Shown here piece by piece: positions 12,392 through 24,619 of a stretch of DNA of 64,000 nucleotides (positions within the stretch are counted from its first letter, which is position 1; every line of letters starts with the position of its first letter). The stretch comes from Priapulus caudatus (taxonomy: Eukaryota), in contig NW_014577075.1 of NCBI RefSeq assembly GCF_000485595.1, forward strand, positions 525,311 to 589,310. The letters run 5' to 3'. The translations under genes were made by a program, and so were the position numbers. Under the pieces are notes generated by a model that made no database searches, was not told the origin of the DNA, and saw only the letters and a list, made by a program, of their open reading frames with translations.

Positions 12392-14990
12392 AGAATGGTG
12401 GTACACATGCAGTGAAGGATACGGAGACCAGGTTCGTCAGTAGCGACGCTGATAAGGAGGATTACTCCCAGGCGCGCGCAATATGCAAGAAGGAGAGAGA
12501 GGGGGAGGCGAAGAAAAATCGCGGGACCGAAGGAGAGACTGAGGACGAAGAGCACGAAGGAGAGACGGTGATATAGAGGAGTATTATAGCAAGACGGAGA
12601 AAGAGCGAGAGAAATTAGCGAACGAAAGCTACAGAAATAACACGAGAGGAGTACGAAGAGATAAAGAGTTTGAATAGAGTTATAGCAGACGAGCGCATAT
12701 GCAAGAAACGGCGCCGGTGCCCGTTTAAATGTCAGAATCGCTTGCGATCTGCAATAGAGCCGGTTTGATAGATGATCTTGCTTCGCCGGTAACATTCTAC
12801 TGTAATTGCCTGCGAGACGCTCTATATGCTGCAGTCGTAATTGTTATTCATCGACAACGTATACGCATCGCAACAAAACTAACCAGAACGCGTATTGAAA
12901 CGAATTTAAAGCAACATGGAATACGATCTACTCGTCTAAAATCGTGTGTAACTGCGCGTCTTGAATATTATAATTGCAATCGTCATTCGTCGACGCACCG
13001 AGAGAGCCGCGACGAAATACGTTGGAATTATGTTAAGAAAAGTCACGATGCAATTGCGTACAGCGTTGGAGCGAAGCAGCGTTAATCCTCACGCTTGTTC
13101 TGATGGCATAAAGGCGCCAGACGATATTGTAGACAGAACATTACGAAATGACGCGGAAATTTAATGTGAAGTTTAAAACCTGCATAATACTCTAAACAAA
13201 TGGCAGCGCAAAAATTGATGCGCAGTTTAAATAACCACTGCACAAGTGGGAAAATTATAAAATAATTTCCAATAACTACCCTTATCTTCCGATAAAGCAT
13301 CAAACGCATAGTAATCTCGCGCCGGAACATTATAATTAGGTTTTAGATTGTCGTCATCAGGTGAGCACACGTATAATTGGTCACGTAATAAACCGTGAGA
13401 CTGTATAATTTAATACGTTGATTAGTTTAAGCGTGATTGTAATTTGGTATATATCGCCCCATTGTGTAATAACGTAACCCGTTCTTAGATCACCATACGT
13501 ATTCTACGTCAAAAGCGTCTATTGCCAAAAACAGCACGTAGCCATTTCTTTACACGAACTTCTTATCTGGATGAATCGATTATCTAAATAGCACGGTAAA
13601 AAGTGATAATTCGTGACAACACATTAATGGACCTCGCTATTATTTTTATTGATATCAACGTTATTGTAGGACGGGCTCAGTCAAAATTCCTGCTAAAGTA
13701 AATGTTTTGATTGTGGTTTGATTTTCTAGTAAATTACCATTACAGATCGCAATGCGATGCTAATAATAGACAAACAGTGTTCGGTGTTTACTGCCCACTA
13801 TACATTCTGTGATGGTAATAACACCACGATGTTTGATAAATGTGAGTCAGTCGTGTGTACGTGTAGTGTAGTGAGAGAGCTGGCAAAATACTCTGTGAAT
13901 GTATAAGAAATCGTGCGCTATAATAATTACGTATGGAAACAAGAATACGATGTCACCGAGCCAAATGGCATATAGGATCTAATCAGCAGTAAATAATGGA
14001 CACTTCTCGTGTTTAATATTCATGTACCTATTATTTGCGTGTCTATTACACTATTAGTGTATCTTATTTCATCATGGCGTAATAGCACAGTACTCTAAGG
14101 TAACGCGAAATACCCCGTTATAGATACAATTAATAGCATACCAGGGTGACAGATTTAGATTTGTGGTAAATATACGAGAAGTAGCGCCTAGATGAGCAAA
14201 GGCAGAATGTGGTTTCTTTCCATTGCAAAGACGGTGTGAACTTGTTACATTTGGATATAGACCTACGGTACGATAAAAACAATCCAGCTCCCTATGATGC
14301 TGTTATAAGGTATAAATATATATCACACAAGCAAGAAGCCATAATACGTAGTCGTATACATACTAGTGCGCGAATATATCTGCTAATTTCTCACATACAT
14401 ATCTTCGCAACCTACGCTTACCCGAACGTCAGATGTCTGTGAATTAAACAAGGTTGGGGAATTCGTCGGGGAAATAATTATAGTATCGTCTGCCAGAGCG
14501 CGTTGGTTGTGTGCTTCTTGGGAGGCAGCGTGAGACAGATGAGTGTCTTTATCGATCACACTATGTTTACCGTTGCGCTGTCGCCCTGTCGCTATGCTGT
14601 CTTATAATTATGAGAACAGTAGAGTTATCTATCGAGTGGTAGCAAACAACACTTAGAGCTTGGGACTCAATTGCGCGGCCCACGCACAACCCTTCTTTGT
14701 TAAGCAGTGATCTGCGAAGTGTGTATTATCGGTTAAAAACAGGTGTGTCTGTAGATTCTCGTTTAGCGCGTGGAAATGAGTAAAAACATCAGACACGCTA
14801 TTTATGGGGGCGTCTAAGCACATAACAGCACGTTTACAACTCTGTCTAGTGTAGTGACCATATACTATATATATATATAATTTGATGTGATGTCCGTGAC
14901 GTATCTGAGGAAAGGCTTCAGCGTTTTGTAAGTAAATTGGGTGTTTCGTGTAAATGTATTTTGAAGCAGTGATGTCAGAGTATTGCTGTA

Positions 14991-15118
14991 CGCAGAATAC
15001 CCCGGCTAATATTATATCGGAATATTGCCGTAGGGCGCAGAATACCCCAGCTAATATATGTCGGAATATTGGCGTAAACCGCAGAATACCCCAGATAATA
15101 TATATCAGAATATCCAAA
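14991..15118. repeat. ~45-bp tandem repeat, 3 copies (cgcagaataccccggctaatat...)
   Basis: Unit restarts at 14991, 15036 and 15080. Confidence 0.75.
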
Positions 15119-15724
15119 GGTTGTATCGGATAAATTAGGGGAAAATGAAGATTTATTGTGTATGCAAAGTTGTCATTTGTTAGCAGTGTATCTGTGATAC
15201 CTGTGTAATCGTGTTGCTGTGTAATGTATAACTTGAATTCATTATTGTATTGTGTGTGGATTCAAAGCTTGTAATATCTATGTGTTGCAGTCTACCATTA
15301 CCATGTCTACGTGAGTAGAGCATAGCTACATGAGTAGAGAATAAAATGGCTGGTATGAACTGCAGCCTGAGTCTTCGTGTGTGCATGTGTGCGGGTGTGT
15401 GTATGTGTGCGCGCGTCTGTGTTTTTCAGTTCATTCCTGAACATGGTCTTTGTACGTTGAACTGGGAATAGGTGCATGAACGAATGAAGAAATGAAAAAC
15501 AAGGAAAATATCGGTGACTTGTCATTCTTAAATTAATAACACACATGCTTAATGTCGTCAAACTTAGTTTAGGGAACTCTTCATCTATATTCACGAGTTC
15601 GATTAAATAATTTTGTTCTTTGCAAGCACATTTCTTGGCATTCTTATGTGAATTTATTTTGCAAATCTTCGAAGCGCAATAACGGGATCGCGATATCCGT
15701 TCACAGCGTAAGTTATTGCCTCAC

Positions 15725-15862
15725 CTTTGCTCGTCGAACGGAAACCAGGCGATATTGATCTTGCATGTGCTCTTGAATATTCCCGGAGGTATGTAAGAGC
15801 AGTTTCCGTCTGAGCTCAGCACTATGTTAGAATGATACGTTCCGTCGAATTTCGTGTCGGCA
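15725..15862 (-). CDS. CHRNA7-like: nAChR alpha7-like subunit, exon 5 (ADTKFDGTYHSNIVLSSDGNCSYIPPGIFKSTCKINIAWFPFDEQ-R, loop E and most of the Cys-loop)
   Basis: Manual translation. Acceptor tgtttgcAG, donor GTGAGG, 138 bp, phase 2/2. Contains PPGIFKSTC and WFPFD. Not in the ORF track. Confidence 0.95.
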
Positions 15863-16551
15863 CTGCAAACAATCAGATCAGTTGCCGTATATCGTTAAAG
15901 ATCCTAGAAATTTGCTTCCTCCTCGATTATTATAATCGCAGACCGTCCCCCGCTACTTGAAACCTTTAGGGAATCATGCAATGTTACATGACCATGTTAC
16001 TAATACACTGACATTATGCGAACGCAGCGCCAGCTTCTAAGCAATGAAATTCGCGTCCAGATACGCGCATGCGTGCGAGTATGAGCTATACGATCATTAG
16101 CATCGCAATTTAGCGCCGATAACTAAACGAGTTTTATCATCGCACTGATCATGAAACGTTGAATCGGCTCTAATTCCAATCACGACCGAAAGCTGTTTGC
16201 ATCGTTGATGAGCCACGCCGTGTAGGCTTACGCCCCGCGCGTACATGTCCACGGCGGCCAGGCCGACCGACACGCGCGTCGACATGCGAGCTGTGTAAAC
16301 CGAAGCCGCGAGAGAATCGGAAATACGCTTTTAGTTTAAGTAAGCCGCGTGGTCGAGCGCCAGGCGGCCGACAGACGATACTCGCATGCAGCGACGCGGT
16401 GCGAGGCGGCTGTGTATGAAAGGCGCGTCTGTTTGTTTACTGAGACGTGCTATTCGTTACACGAAAATCCCGCGTAATAGCCGATGCCCCGCAAAGGTGC
16501 CGACTCTCTTCCGCTCCCTCTCCCCCCTCTCTCGTCCTCTCTCTTTCTCTC

Positions 16552-16593
<42 letters not shown>

Positions 16594-17384
16594 GCGCGGG
16601 TTATCTCATTTATCTCTCTCTTTCTACATACGCGCTCTCACTCGTTCGATCTCGCTTCCTATCTAGCCGCCATCTCTCCTCTCCTCTCTCACTCCTCTCT
16701 CCTCTCTCTCTCGGTCTCGTCCTCATCTGCTCTCCACTGACCTCTCTCGAGCCTCTCTCGCCCTCCTCTCTTCTTCTCTCTGCTCTCGTCTTCTCGGTCT
16801 CTTCTCCTCTCTCTGCTTCCTCGACTCATCTCTCTCTCTCTCTCTCTCTCTCTCGCCCAATGCCTTCGGTTCGGGGTTGCTACTGCCTCAGCGCATCGGT
16901 CCGCTGACCCTTGTTGACTCGTGAACACGACATTCCACTCGACACGGCCGGCTAGGCTACCCGGATATTCACGGAACAGAGGGACCGCTGATCCCAGCCG
17001 ATTGGCCTTGGCAATCAAATACCAATCTTGTTCATTATATCTGTGTCGCTTATAAAGTTTTTTGTCGGCGCCGCCTGCTAAGTAGTAAACAGCAGCGTGC
17101 ATGACCGAGTTCTTTTCCAGCCGAGTGTTGTTTTCTTTCTTTTTTTTTATCGAAAAATTTACTAAAATTCAACGCGCATCGGAAAGTTTATAACAACTCC
17201 TACTCGTATGGAACGCGTTCGTTATTATATCGAGTCCCAACGTGATCGGGTCGAAGCTCTGACTCGCTATCTGCGCTACACCTAGATCGTAAACATGACC
17301 ACATACCGTTACTTGTGTTGCTGCACTGTATCGTTTACGTGTACCGATTACTAAACCGTTACGGTAAACGGCCCCGTAAAGCAC

Positions 17385-17702
17385 GTACCGAGTAACCGTA
17401 AAAATCGTTACCGTGACCGTTAACCGGTGAACCGGCTACCGTAACCGTCAACGCGTACCTTAAGCCCGTAACACGTAACCGTTACCGTTACGGTAAGCCG
17501 TTACCGTTAACGTTACTGTAACCCGACGCGGTACCGTTACCTGCGAACCGTTACCGATTACCGTATCCGTAACCGTTACTCGTAACGTTATGGTGTTGGT
17601 GGTACCGTACCGGAACCGTTAACCGGATAAACCGTCACGTTACGCGTTAACGTTACCGTAACCGTTACCGCTACCGCTACCGTTACCGTAGATTACCGTA
17701 CC
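17385..17702. repeat. Degenerate hexamer microsatellite (ACCGTT/ACCGTA)n
   Basis: Repeated accgtt/accgta units. Confidence 0.85.
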
Positions 17703-17856
17703 ATAAAACCACACATTGTGAGCGTATACTCGACACTTCAAACATCAAATGAGTTATCTGAGTTAGTAGTTATGATGAACTTTAAGTTGATCACATTTCA
17801 CAACAAGGCAAATAAATCAGCCGCATTTTTACAACTGCGCTGAGCTCTGTTCTTAC

Positions 17857-17966
17857 CTATTATACATTAGGACATCCGGCCTCCAGATTATGTCGGGAGC
17901 TAATCGTAAGTTATCGATGCCTCCATAGTCAGCCGGATTCCATATCAGATTGACATCGTTCCAATC
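17857..17966 (-). CDS. CHRNA7-like: nAChR alpha7-like subunit, exon 4 ([37 protein letters not shown], loop A)
   Basis: Found by manual translation of the minus strand. Acceptor gttgtttAG, donor GTAAGA, 110 bp, WxPDxxxYN motif. Not in the ORF track. Confidence 0.95.
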
Positions 17967-18129
17967 CTAAACAACAACCCATGCTCACAGCTCAATTAAG
18001 AGAACAACCCGATTCTACAATACGTGAATACGGTGAGTTCTACATAGTGAATTGTGTAGAGAGTGAGAGTGAGAGTGGGAGAGAGAGAGATGAGTTGAAG
18101 AGAATAGATAATGAAAAATAATAAAAATA

Positions 18130-18742
18130 AGTATAAATAGATAATAGGAATAGATAGGTAGATAAGATAGATAGATAACAAAAAATAGATGATAGATAAA
18201 TGGATATGAGTAGATAGATAGAATATAAAGTGTGGATAGTTGATAAGATAGTAGATAGATAGAAATGAGAGTTAGAAGATGAAATGTAGATTAAGTAGAT
18301 AGAATAGATGAGTATGAATAAGAGGAATATATAGAATATGGTAGGAAGAATGAATATATGATTAAGAGATAGTATAGAGAAATATAATAGATTAGAGGTA
18401 GATAATAGAATTTATGAATAGAATGATGAATAGATAAGAATAGAGTGATGATAGAAGATAGAAGAATAAAAGAATGAAAATAGAGATAGAAAGAAAATAG
18501 ATAGATAGATTGAAGAATAGATTAGATTAGATAGAAGAAGATGATAGATATAGAATAGAGTGAATGAGAGATATATATAGATTAGATAAGATAATAGATA
18601 GAAATAAATTAGATAGAGTAGATCTAGATAAGAAGACTATTGAGATACGATGAGAAAAGATAGATAATAGTATTAAGATAATGAGTAAGATAAGATAGAG
18701 TAAACACGATAGAGATTGATGAAAAGATAGTAAGTAGAATAT

Positions 18743-18778
<36 letters not shown>

Positions 18779-18780
18779 CA
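18130..18780. repeat. (GATA)n-derived tract, clean at the 3' end and noisy upstream
   Basis: Perfect gatagata run at ~18744-18778. Confidence 0.85.
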
Positions 18781-20550
18781 TGAGAAAGGCAACCCGTCTA
18801 AAGAGCGAGACGAGAGAGGAAAGTATAGATCTATATTACGTGAGATTTTTCCCGAATAGGAATAGATAAATGGAAGTGTATTCTAAACTGCACGGAGAAC
18901 TCTTCGACATCACACATCAGTCAAGTCTCCAAATATCTATAGCACTTTTGTTATATTTGAGATAAATAACTCTTTTTTCTCGTTGCTGCTGCGAGGAAAG
19001 GGAGAGCATTCATAAAAGGCGGGGTGATTTACATGTTTTGATTAGCTGCGGGCGCGGCAACTGCCACCGCTCGTAATACAAAGTTCTGATTGATGGGCGA
19101 ATGGGCGAGCCGTGACAGCAAAGACGGCTGTGCAATTCCCTCTCCGGTGTCGACTCGTGAGTAATTAGGGAATTGATGAAGATATCTGTTATAGGACGGT
19201 TGCCAACTGACTATCGGCTCACATGACAGTGTCACTTTTCTGCGAGCAAGAAACGACAGAAAAAAATGCTGCCGTTCAAAATTGCCGATAAAATCTACAT
19301 GCAATTCGATTAATTTCGCACTTAATGAATATCCAAGAGAGACTAAGAGGAGCGTTATACTTATGTTATCGGGTGCTACAGCTAAATGCTGTCAGGTGTT
19401 GTGTCATTGTCGAGTGTTACGTCGTAGGTTTCCCATGGCAATGATACCAATAACAACTGTTATCAGGATATCATTGCTAATTAGAGTGGGAAAATTCTAC
19501 TATAATTATTTATTTAAGCGATACTTAATATGCAATAATAATTGAAAAGAATAGTAGTAAAGGTACTAGTATTAATAATAATTATTATATTATTATTTTT
19601 ATAACATGTATTATTATACTAGTTGGTTAAAAATCGTAAACCGTGTATAATACGTGAAAAACTAAATTATCATTCGAGGCTTGCGTGTTGTTATCTATAC
19701 TGTATATCTCGTGAAAATTATACTCAACCGGGAATACAGAAATTCTAAAAATATCGAAAAAACAATTCGAATATGACTTCATTCAACAGGCGACATACGA
19801 CATGCATCATCTCACAGCCACAACTGCTAAACAACTCACGTTCACGTGCGGATCACCGATGCATGCTGCGTCCATTTTCCTGCTATCAGCCGTATTTGCC
19901 GAAGCGGGGAAGTCGAGATGCATTGCGGTGCCGAATGAAGCGGAGGCGAAGCAACATGCTAAACGCAAAATTATTCTAATGCCATGCCAGCGTGCTGTCT
20001 GCAGTCTATACGTAGCGCCGGGGAACATCTCAGGAGAGAAGGCCGAACATGCAAGCAACGGCCGGGATGCTCAAAAAACGAAGAAAGCTGTTCAAGAGCT
20101 ACATGTCGTGCGGTTTGCGCATTCGCAAAGCTAAAACAACCGTCACGTACGCCGCGAAGAGAGAAAGACATATAGGACAGGACTTGCTGATTTTTGTCGA
20201 AGAGTAAAAATTGGGAAATTAAATCATGTACTACGTTATGAATCGAATATTAGACGTTACTTCGCAGCAAAGGTAGATTCACCAGCTGCATATAAGAGTC
20301 GTTAATCAACATGATTTATCCTATTAAATGTATGTTTAATATTTCGCCTATACTTACATACTGTAACCATATATTTGTGGAAATAACCTGGTTCTTTTCG
20401 TCCTACATGGGGTAAAAAGAGAAAAGCTTTAGCTGGGAGAGTTCGCAAAAAGCGGGGCGAAAAGAGTAACGGAAGGCGACGAACTAGACAAATCTCGAAG
20501 ACAAGAGAACAGCGAGTTACATGCAAGTCCCACGGATCACGCAAACTCAC

Positions 20551-20595
20551 CATGTTCAACCAAATATTTGTCGTGATAATTTGGTTCCGCTCATC
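20551..20595 (-). CDS. CHRNA7-like: nAChR alpha7-like subunit, exon 3 (DERNQIITTNIWLNM, loop D Trp)
   Basis: Acceptor ttcatgcAG, donor GTGAGT, 45 bp, phase 0/0. Confidence 0.95.
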
Positions 20596-22747
20596 CTGCA
20601 TGAAAGTAATTACATTGTGAGAAAAACAGTAAACAGACGCAGATTGCGGAATACAGGAGGATGTTATCCAGGGAAAACCTTCGCCGCTATATCCCTGAAG
20701 CCTGAAGTAAACGTCCCTATCAAGCAAGCCTGGAGTAAGCGTGTCTAGGCATTATCAATCAGTGTGTAAAACAGTTACTGTAGATCATGCCGATAGCAGT
20801 TATGTGAGGGTCGCCAATGAGCTGCGTGAGTGTCGGCCTATCAGCAGATCCGTATATATAAGACAGCTTATTTGCAGGCCCGTACTGGGTACAGATAACA
20901 GCTTCACGGCTCGTATATACAGCCTTGTGTTCTTGTACGGGTTGGTTAACGCCGATTGAGCGAAGACCCACGTAGTCCTTCCGGCATCAATCAGGATCGT
21001 TGAGCGGCAAGTTCATTTGAATCGAACGTATAAGCTTGATGCTTTAGATGCATCCTTCTCGTTGCCCGGAACTAGGACCGATTTAATTCACGCACGATAG
21101 AGTTCTGATCAAGCAGTGGCTCAATTCGAAATGCATGCATGCTGATAATTTTCGAGTGACATTTTGTTTTGCGGGCGGTCCTGTTTTCCAAGCACTTTAG
21201 AATTGGTCGCAAACAACCTTTTCCGTTGGAACTACGTACGGTCTAAGCCTCATCTTAGCACATTGTAACAAGCCCGAACTTTAATTCCTCAGCCATACTC
21301 GTGAAGTTGTTTCACCTATCCAACAGCTAGAGTATATCTCATAATATGACGTTGCCACCCTTATTGTGCGACCCGTTCAAACACTGGTCAGCGGGCAATG
21401 TCATTAAGCAGACTTCAAAAGCCTTTCGTGATTAGTCCTTTAATCTTTTCGTGTTGCCGGAATCCAGCCGAGGGCGTTTTTAAAATTAGTCCCTTGTGCA
21501 ATCGGTGAACTCAGGCGAGTCAAATGATGCCTCATCAGAGTTCGTGTATACGCCTTACTAGTCCTGAATCAGTGATTGCTCGAGCAGCGGATCCGACAGT
21601 AGACAGCTGCTGAAGCTTACCGGCGTGCGCAGCGCCGCGCGTCGGAACGAATTAAAAGGTTGTCGACGAAACTGATATCGTCGTGTAAAGTGGTCGGCGT
21701 GAGGTGTCGCAGGCGAATACATTTATCGCAACCGACACGCCGCTATTCAGCCCTGCGACACAGACATGTGACACGCGCTGCATGTACGAGGCCGACGCGC
21801 GCGCGCAGGCGTGCACGAGGACAGCTGGAGGTAACTCGGTTAGCGTTTACAACCGCTGCGCCAGGGGAGGTTAACGACATTCGCGATCGATAGTTATACA
21901 CGGTCGGCGTATAAGCGCTGACGGATGCGGAAACGGAAGGCAGCCGTCCAGCAATCCTCCGCTGCTGAAGCTTCCGACGGCTGCAGGCGGGAAGCATAGA
22001 GGGCGCCAGTGGCGTTGTAGGGCTAACGCGACGTTTGGTCGGCAGTGATGTGATGTTATCTAGACTATGTCCCCCGTCGCGAATAAGCCAGCTGTCGCTT
22101 CTCTGCATGGGCGCTAATGGGCAATTCAGCGGCTGTGGGCACGCATCCGGTATTTTCCCCGGGGATAATACGGGATCAAACATCTATCATGCGTCCCTGT
22201 CCCGCAAACTCTGCCAGGATACACACGCGCAGCTTGTGATGTACTCTAATAGCGCATAGACACACACGCCGCGACAGCGGTTATTTACTATGCGAGGGTG
22301 GACGCGTACACACTAATGATTATGTACTTAACTAGGCCCCGAAGGAACGGTCATCTACTCAACTCTGCACATATGTTAAGATGAAGGGACGGTCAGTCTT
22401 CTACTTGATGTCAACAAGTAAGCCTTATATCTGCACGCAAGCATATTTTGACACACGTAGATATAGAAACAGTTTGGAGGCAGACACTGGAGCTTCTTGT
22501 TTGCTCCACAAGCATAAAGACGGCACTGTACTGTCAGGTTTCCTGTTTCATCTATTCCCGTGTAAAATGGCGGGGAGCGAAAGAGCGGACATAATGTGAA
22601 GGCATAGCGTCTATGTTTCGCTGTGTCGTGTATTATGTAGTCGTATATGCGATCAAAGATACACTGTAACCAGTGCCGCGCCCGTTAGGCGCTGCGTATA
22701 TGCCATTCGTTGTGATACGCTCACTGCACGCACACGCACGCATGCAC

Positions 22748-22787
<40 letters not shown>

Positions 22788-24619
22788 GCACGCACGCACG
22801 CACGCATTCATATTAAGCTTTTAGACGAAGAATACAACTGCGTGAGTCCGATTTCACTGTCTCTGTTAATTACGTTTCAATTTCGTTCCACTCTTTCTCT
22901 TGTAACAGGAAACAGGAGCATATTTAGTTTTAGACCAGGTTCCTCTATTTATTCAAATTGTTTGACCTACAATGAAATTGAGGTCTTTCGGGTGATTGCT
23001 CGCGGTCATTTTCACAACGCCGGGTCGATTTTTAATATTAAATCCAGGCGGTGACTATCCTGCCCCATCCTAACGGAGCTTTCCTCCGTTATTTAACCGG
23101 AAGAATAATTCGTTTCTGTGGCGAACTCTGTTTTATTCGACTAGCGCATACGTAAGAAAATTACGTGAATGAACAGAATTAGTCCTACTGTATGCGCTCA
23201 TGTTCGCGCCCTAAACTCGGTTACGCTAGACTGTCGTGTTAAGTGTGTGTGTATTTATTTATAAAAATAACTTTTAACTCTACAAAAAGAGAAACCATTT
23301 TTTTATACCTGCAAATTTGAAACGTCGGTGCCTACGCGCATCGTGTGGTTTACATTTGTCTACCAAACATTTTTAGTCCTTATTTTCTTTATTTTTGGAC
23401 TGCCGTACATTCAGACACTGGGACACTCGAAGTGATCCGCAGTGATCATCCGACCATATCAATGTAGAGTAATATCTTTTTGAGTCGACCGGAAAAAAAG
23501 ATTATTAGGGGTTTAGCAGCGATTGCTGGCCCGTGTGAAGCGTGTTAGGTTGCCTCAGCAGCGCCGTAGACTGATCACGCGTGCAGCCCTATAGACGAGC
23601 ACCGACACGCGTCATATTATTATTCTTTCTTTCACGCGAGCCTACACGATGTATGAAGCGCATGCTTTAATAATGGCTTCGTATTATATTTGGTCCATAT
23701 TAGGACAAAATCGTGTTATGGTAGTTTTCTTTTTTCATTATAATGAATTTTCGATTGGTTTTAATGCGGACAATATTTATGCAAATGACGTAATGCAGAT
23801 TGAGTTTTTTGCAAATACAACTACACAATCGTATTGGTTATCGCAAAATATTATTGCAGTCACGATACATAAATACAGAGTGCAAAGAAAGACACCCGTC
23901 TGCGAGTCTAATAAAAACGTCGAATTTTCCTGTGTTGCCGATTAAGATTGACCATCCGTATTCCGTCCTACCTACTATAACAAAAAGTTTCGAGTAAAGC
24001 GGATTTTTAAATGCCCCGTTATTTAAAACACGCCTTTTCGTACTGTGTAGATGCATTACCGACTTCAGTGATGTAGATACGGTTTAAGTAAGACAAATGC
24101 CCCACTTACATGGAACGAAATTGAATTTTGTATCTGAATCGTAGCCATATAGCCAAATAAAGCCATCGTGCCTATAGATCATCTGGAAGCTTTGTACTCT
24201 GGCCTGCTATCTATAATCGAGCTGCATAATGCTCGATTTTTTAACATACGCGTAGTATGTAAGATTGCCGTTCCCTCACACACATGTACCATGCGATTAC
24301 GTTAAAGTACGATATATACCTCACTGTTTGGCCCACTTCGTAATTTAATGACTTCACTCCATAACTCCATTAGATATAATACTGTTTTCAAAGAAGAATG
24401 CGCGCACAAACATTTGTTTTCTAATTAGTATAGTCGTTATATTATTATGGAAACGTAATGAAATCGATGTACGGACGTTCAAGACCAATAATTGAATTTT
24501 CAAACAAGAGCCTATCAACACCTTTTTAATTAATGTCTAATGTTCTAAAGTATTTAAATGCCGGGTTAGTAGAAGAAATCATTCATACCGTGTGTGTTAA
24601 ATTCCCAGCATACACTTAC

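Noticed and set aside
11936..12795. Long ORFs of 156-276 aa
   Set aside because: Translations of noisy GA/GT low-complexity sequence.
16689..17102. 137-aa minus-strand ORF between exons 4 and 5
   Set aside because: No nAChR or other recognisable motif; it runs into a CT microsatellite.
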